From positions 1 to 38,580 of IMG/VR virus record IMGVR_UViG_3300036987_000521: 38,580 nucleotides of DNA, one strand, 5' to 3'. This DNA is from a virus. Taxonomy: Duplodnaviria; Caudoviricetes. The position numbers were made by a program, and so were the translations under genes. The notes beneath the pieces were generated by a model, which was not told the origin of the DNA, did not search any database, and saw only the letters and a list, made by a program, of their open reading frames with translations. Of the stretch, positions 34,290 through 38,580 are shown in pieces (the first letter of the stretch is position 1; each line of letters begins with the position of its first letter).

Positions 34290-36644
34290 ATGTGGATTGA
34301 CATCGAGGACCGCGCGGGGAACCGGTTGGGCGCGGGGCCGATTGTGACGGCGACGGGGTGGACGCACACGCGGCGGCTCGATCAGGCCGGGACGTTTTCG
34401 TTCCAGATGCCGGTGAGCGATGCGCGCAGCGCGTTGGCGCAGGTGAAGCGGGTGGCGCGCTGCTGGACTGTCGAAAACGGGACGACGCGTGAGTTGGGCG
34501 CGGGGATCATCGAGCGCCGGCAGTTGACCGTCAAGGCGGACGGTGCGACGTTGCTGGAGGTTTCCGGCGCCGATCTGTTGCGCGAGCTGGCCTATCGCAA
34601 TGTCGGCGAGCTGAACCTGTTCACGACCTGCCGGGAACATCCGGCCGGCGTCATGCTGTTGACCGTGGATCCGCCGGCGACGCTGAGCGAAGCCGCGTGG
34701 ACCGATGGCGCGGTGGGCGATACGGCTACGGCCGCGACGGTGCCCAGCCTGGACGCCGGCGGCGCGCAGTTCCTCTATGTGTCGGCCGGCCGCCAGTTCA
34801 ACAAGCTGCATTTTGTGCTCAGTAGCGGGCAGAGCGTGGTCACGGATCTGCATGTGCAGTACTTCGATGCGGAGAGCGCCGGCTGGAACGATGTGACAAT
34901 TGTCGAAGATACGACGGCGGTGGGCGGTGCGCCGCTGGCGCAGTCGGGCTATCTGACCTGGGATGCGCCGGTGGGGTGGATCACGGAGACGACAACGGAC
35001 ACGCCGGTCTATGATATCCGTATTTTCCCGGATGCGACGTTGGGCGATGTCGGGCTGGCGGATGTTAGCATCGCGTATGATGCGCCGACCGAGACGGCGC
35101 TGTCAACGCTCATGGCGCTGGCGCCCAGTGGGTGGAGCCTCGATACGGTGGCGGGCTACGCTGAGACGCAGCCGGCGCAGGAGATCGGGGCGAACCGGGT
35201 CGCGAACGGCGATTTCGCCGCGTACACGGGCACGCTCGATGACGGGAATAGCGACACGTTTACGGCCTGGACGAATGCCGATGTGGACGATCCCAACGGC
35301 GATACGGTCGAAGCGGTGGCCGGCGGCAGCGGCGCGGTGTGGTTGAAGATCAGCACGGGGGGCACGACGGGGGCACGGCCCAGCGTGGGACAGGCATTGA
35401 CCGTGACGCCGGGGACGGATTATCTGCTGACCTTTTGGAACAAGGGGGACGGCAGCGGCGGGGCGGGGGCCTGGCGGCTGTACGACGAAGCGGGCGGCAC
35501 GGCGTTGAGCGCGTTGACGGAGACGGGCAATGCGACGACGACCTGGACCCCGGCCCGCATCCGGTTCACGGCGCCGGCCAATCGCACGACGGTGTATCTG
35601 CGGCTGTGGGGGCCGGCGGCGGACGATCCGGGGGCGGCCTGGTTCCACACGGTCAGCGTTAAGCAGCGGCTCGGCGGCGAGGTGTATTTGACGCTGAACG
35701 GCGAGACGGTGCTCGAGGCGCTGAATCGGCTCAGTGAGCAGACGGGCGAGCACTTTATATTGGGCAGCGGACGGCAGGTGCGTTGGCTGCGCAGTGATGC
35801 CACGGCAACGGGTGTGCGCCTGACCACGGGCGGCGCGCTGGCCGGCGCAGACGATGCGCGCACGGCCTGGCTGGTGAGCCTGGATGAGGTGCTGGATGCG
35901 TATGACCTGGTCAGCCGGGTCTATCCGTTGGGCGGCGGCACGGGCCAGAACCGGGTGGATCTGACCCACTGCACGCGGCCGGCGCCGGACGGTTATACGC
36001 TCGATCTGACGGCGGGCTATTTGGAGCGCGATGCGGCGGTGACGGCGCTGGGGCGCATTGACTATCGGTTGGATTTCCCCGACATCAATGCGGCGGCGCC
36101 CGATGCTACGCAATTGGCGTTTGCGGCGAACAGCCTGCTCGAGCGGGCGTATGTCTGGCTGAAGCGCCACAGTGCGACTTCGACGGATCCATTGACCGGC
36201 GATGCGCCCCGCGCGTATCGGGCGACGGTCGTCAAGTTGCTGCAAGCCGTGCTGCCCGGCTACACCGTCCACCTGGCGTATCGGGAGGTGTGCGCGGGCG
36301 TGGTCACGGTGCAGATCGCCCAGGACGTGTGTGTGTTGAGCAGCACGGTGCAGGTGGATGGGCGCGGCGTGCGCACGGTGGCGCTGGAGTTGGGGACGGT
36401 AGATCAGCCGTTGGGCAGCGATACGGAGTTGCTGGCCTATATCCTGCGCCAGCAGCGGGCGAGTCGGGCGCAGACGCCGGCCAACGAACATTATAGTTCG
36501 TCGGGCGCGGGGGTGATCGTCGGTGCGGGGGTGCGCAATGGCCGGGTGACGGGGGTCGTGCGGCGGCTGGGGATTACGGAAGACGTGCCGGCGACGGCCA
36601 CGTTGCAGGTGCGCAATGGCGTGGTGACGGGGTATACTACGTAA
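34290..36644 (+). CDS. Tail hub/Tal-like host-specificity protein with carbohydrate-binding insert
   Basis: TRRLDQAGTFSF, LVSRVYPLGG hub motifs; NGDFA...QALTVTPGTDYLLTFW...RFTAP CBM4/9-like insert. Confidence 0.75.
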   Translation: MWIDIEDRAGNRLGAGPIVTATGWTHTRRLDQAGTFSFQMPVSDARSALAQVKRVARCWTVENGTTRELGAGIIERRQLTVKADGATLLEVSGADLLRELAYRNVGELNLFTTCREHPAGVMLLTVDPPATLSEAAWTDGAVGDTATAATVPSLDAGGAQFLYVSAGRQFNKLHFVLSSGQSVVTDLHVQYFDAESAGWNDVTIVEDTTAVGGAPLAQSGYLTWDAPVGWITETTTDTPVYDIRIFPDATLGDVGLADVSIAYDAPTETALSTLMALAPSGWSLDTVAGYAETQPAQEIGANRVANGDFAAYTGTLDDGNSDTFTAWTNADVDDPNGDTVEAVAGGSGAVWLKISTGGTTGARPSVGQALTVTPGTDYLLTFWNKGDGSGGAGAWRLYDEAGGTALSALTETGNATTTWTPARIRFTAPANRTTVYLRLWGPAADDPGAAWFHTVSVKQRLGGEVYLTLNGETVLEALNRLSEQTGEHFILGSGRQVRWLRSDATATGVRLTTGGALAGADDARTAWLVSLDEVLDAYDLVSRVYPLGGGTGQNRVDLTHCTRPAPDGYTLDLTAGYLERDAAVTALGRIDYRLDFPDINAAAPDATQLAFAANSLLERAYVWLKRHSATSTDPLTGDAPRAYRATVVKLLQAVLPGYTVHLAYREVCAGVVTVQIAQDVCVLSSTVQVDGRGVRTVALELGTVDQPLGSDTELLAYILRQQRASRAQTPANEHYSSSGAGVIVGAGVRNGRVTGVVRRLGITEDVPATATLQVRNGVVTGYTT

Positions 36645-37399
36645 TGGCCTATAAGCGGGTGCTGTTTGTGGCGCCGGGAGATAGCGGGCTGGATGTGCTG
36701 CCGGAGATTGATGCGCTGTATGAGTTGGGGTATCAGACGCAATCGTTGCAGGGGCGGGTGACGCGGCAGCGGTTGTTCGATGCGGTGCGGCGGCAGGAGT
36801 TCGATGTGATCCACGTGGCGGCGCATATCGGGCCGGCGGGGGTGCAACTGTCGGACGGGGAGCTGCTGGATGGGCCGGCGCTGGTGCAGGTGGCGCGCTC
36901 GTGCAAGGCGACGCTGGTGTTTCTGAATGGCTGCGAGAGCGCGGAGCTGGGGCAAATGCTGGTGGATGACGATGTGCCGGCGGTGATTTGCACGTTGGCG
37001 ACAGCGCCGGATGTGGTGGCGAAGGAGACGGCGCAGACGTTCTATCGGTTGCTGGTGCGGCACGAGGATCTCCGCCAGGCGTATCACGATAGTAAGCCGG
37101 CGGCGCTGCGGGGCGGGTATACGTTCCTGTCGGACGGCAAGCTGATCGAGATGCAGTTCGGGCCGATCATCAGCCGGCTGGATCTGTTGGCGCAGGCGCA
37201 GACGCAGGATGCGGTGGAGCACGCCGATTTCCGCAAGCTCCTCGCCGATATTTGCATCGAGCTGGGGGCGTTCCGGGAGATCGCCGGGAACCTGGGGCGG
37301 TTCAAGAGTTCAATGATCTGGGTGCTGGTGGTGGGGCTGACCGGTTCGCTGGCGGTGCAACTGCTGATGACGTTCATTGGCCGGGATCTGGTGCGGTGA
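36644..37399 (+). CDS. CHAT-domain (caspase-like) protein with C-terminal TM helix
   Basis: LDVLPEI, FDVIHVAAH, LVFLNGCES, AQTFYR motifs; TM IWVLVVGLTGSLAVQLLMTFI. Confidence 0.75.
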   Translation: MAYKRVLFVAPGDSGLDVLPEIDALYELGYQTQSLQGRVTRQRLFDAVRRQEFDVIHVAAHIGPAGVQLSDGELLDGPALVQVARSCKATLVFLNGCESAELGQMLVDDDVPAVICTLATAPDVVAKETAQTFYRLLVRHEDLRQAYHDSKPAALRGGYTFLSDGKLIEMQFGPIISRLDLLAQAQTQDAVEHADFRKLLADICIELGAFREIAGNLGRFKSSMIWVLVVGLTGSLAVQLLMTFIGRDLVR

Positions 37400-37710
37400 G
37401 CGAGCCGGTGGCGCTGCTGCTGGCGTTCGGCTTTGGGCTGGCGTACAATGCGCTGCTGACCCGGCGGATGGCGGCCGACGGCGGGCGGCCGCGGCCGATG
37501 GCGTTGTGGGTGGTCGGCGGGGTGCTGGCGACGTTGGCGCTGTCGGCGCTGGTGGAGCACCAGACGATCCGCCTGGTGCTCCACTGGCAGGGGCGGCCGA
37601 TCCAACTGACGAATGCGCAACATGCGGCGTTGTTCGAGTTGCGCTTTTTTGTGGCGACCGGTGCGCCGCTGGCGGCCGGGAGTTTGTGGCGCTATTGGCA
37701 GCGTTTATAG
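37396..37710 (+). CDS. Three-TM membrane protein, holin-like
   Basis: GTGA overlap with the CHAT gene; 104 aa, three hydrophobic segments; last late gene. Confidence 0.6.
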   Translation: MSEPVALLLAFGFGLAYNALLTRRMAADGGRPRPMALWVVGGVLATLALSALVEHQTIRLVLHWQGRPIQLTNAQHAALFELRFFVATGAPLAAGSLWRYWQRL

Positions 37711-38580
37711 TTGGTGATCTACGGGGCCGTGTTCCTGGTGGGCGGTGGCCCGGTCGGTGTCAACGAGGGCCAGGTAGCTGCGGAGCACTTCCAGGGTGGT
37801 GTGGCCCAGCATGGACTGCAGGATGTAGATGTTCATGCCGGAACGCAGGCTCCACAGGGCGAAGGTGCGGCGGAAGGTGTGGGGGTGGCAGTGGGCGACG
37901 CCGGCGCGCCGGCCGATGCGCTGGCAGGTCTTGAGGAGCAGGTTGCGGGTGAAGGGGCGGGCGTCGGTGGTGGTGAAGAGCGGGCCGGTCGTGCGGCCCA
38001 GCAGATGTTTGAGCACCTCGCGCTTGGTGCGGGCGCCGATGTAGGTGGTGCGGGGCTTGCCGCCCTTGCCCGCGCGCACGCGGACGGCGCCGGTGGCGAG
38101 ATCCACGTCGGGGACGGTGAGGGCGCAGAGTTCGGAGGCCCGGACGCCGGAATCTATGAGGAAGAGCAGCAGCGTCTTGTCACGGGCGTTGGCGGCGGCG
38201 GCCAGCAGTTTGCGGAAGTCGTCACGGGTGAAGGCGGGGCCGATGGCTTTGCCGGGCGGTGGGATGGTGACGTTGCGCAGGGGGTCGGTGGTCAGCAGGT
38301 CTTCGGCGGTGAGGAAGCGCAGCCAGGCGCGCAGGGCGCGGCCGTAGTCGTGGACGGTCCAGGCGGTGTATTGGCGCTCGGCGAGGTCGCGCAGGTAGCT
38401 GCGGATGAGTTGGGGCGTGATTTCGTCGGCATAGAAGACGCCGTGATCGTGGAGCCAGGCGTTGGCGCGGGTGAGCAGGTCGCGATAGTTTTCGATGGTG
38501 CGCGGGGCGCGGCGCTCGGCGCGTTTGGCGTCGAGGAACAGGTCGAGGGCGGTGGCGAGGGGCAGGCGGACAGGTGGCAT
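37705..38580 (-). CDS. int: Tyrosine integrase (XerC/D-like)
   Basis: DSGVRASEL, GKGGK, HTFRR, LGH, catalytic Y; lacks the IntI-specific insertion. Confidence 0.95.
   Translation of the reverse strand: MPPVRLPLATALDLFLDAKRAERRAPRTIENYRDLLTRANAWLHDHGVFYADEITPQLIRSYLRDLAERQYTAWTVHDYGRALRAWLRFLTAEDLLTTDPLRNVTIPPPGKAIGPAFTRDDFRKLLAAAANARDKTLLLFLIDSGVRASELCALTVPDVDLATGAVRVRAGKGGKPRTTYIGARTKREVLKHLLGRTTGPLFTTTDARPFTRNLLLKTCQRIGRRAGVAHCHPHTFRRTFALWSLRSGMNIYILQSMLGHTTLEVLRSYLALVDTDRATAHQEHGPVDHQL

Larger units (their letters stand above)
330..38580. mobile_element. Temperate siphovirus-like prophage integrated at tRNA-Gly (right boundary probably just beyond the window)
   Basis: Ordered repressor/cro, replication, terminase, portal, capsid, tail and tape-measure genes; tRNA 3' fragment at the left end and tyrosine integrase at the right end. 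Confidence 0.93.

Noticed and set aside
16700-37222. Long minus-strand ORFs (e.g. 19132-20943, 21701-23452, 28429-29832, 35103-36491)
   Set aside because: Arg/Pro/His-rich shadow frames antisense to clear structural genes in high-GC DNA
37705-38580. Integron integrase IntI
   Set aside because: Only 291 aa, lacks the IntI insertion after the GKGGK region, and lies about 23 kb from the attC sites

Overview
A near-complete temperate siphovirus-type prophage from a high-GC host. Chloroflexota is my inferred host, based on a GAAC-N4-GTTC SOS box, the repeat families present and the lack of a recognisable endolysin. The left end carries a 5'-truncated tRNA-Gly(TCC) att fragment (330-396) and the right end a tyrosine integrase (37705-38580). 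Between them lie immunity, early/replication, packaging, HK97-fold head, long non-contractile tail and a putative lysis module. Most notable: (1) an integron-style gene-cassette array (two full attC sites, one truncated, three cassettes) inside the phage with no integron integrase, bracketed by a 77-bp direct repeat; (2) a membrane-anchored CHAT/caspase-like protease plus a holin-like gene where the endolysin normally sits; (3) an unannotated 45-aa LexA-box-controlled ORF, a candidate antirepressor; (4) a MuF head protein with a HExxH toxin-like extension; (5) strand-polarised heptamer arrays and REP-like elements in many intergenic gaps and inside genes. All calls come from reading motifs by eye; no database searches were run.
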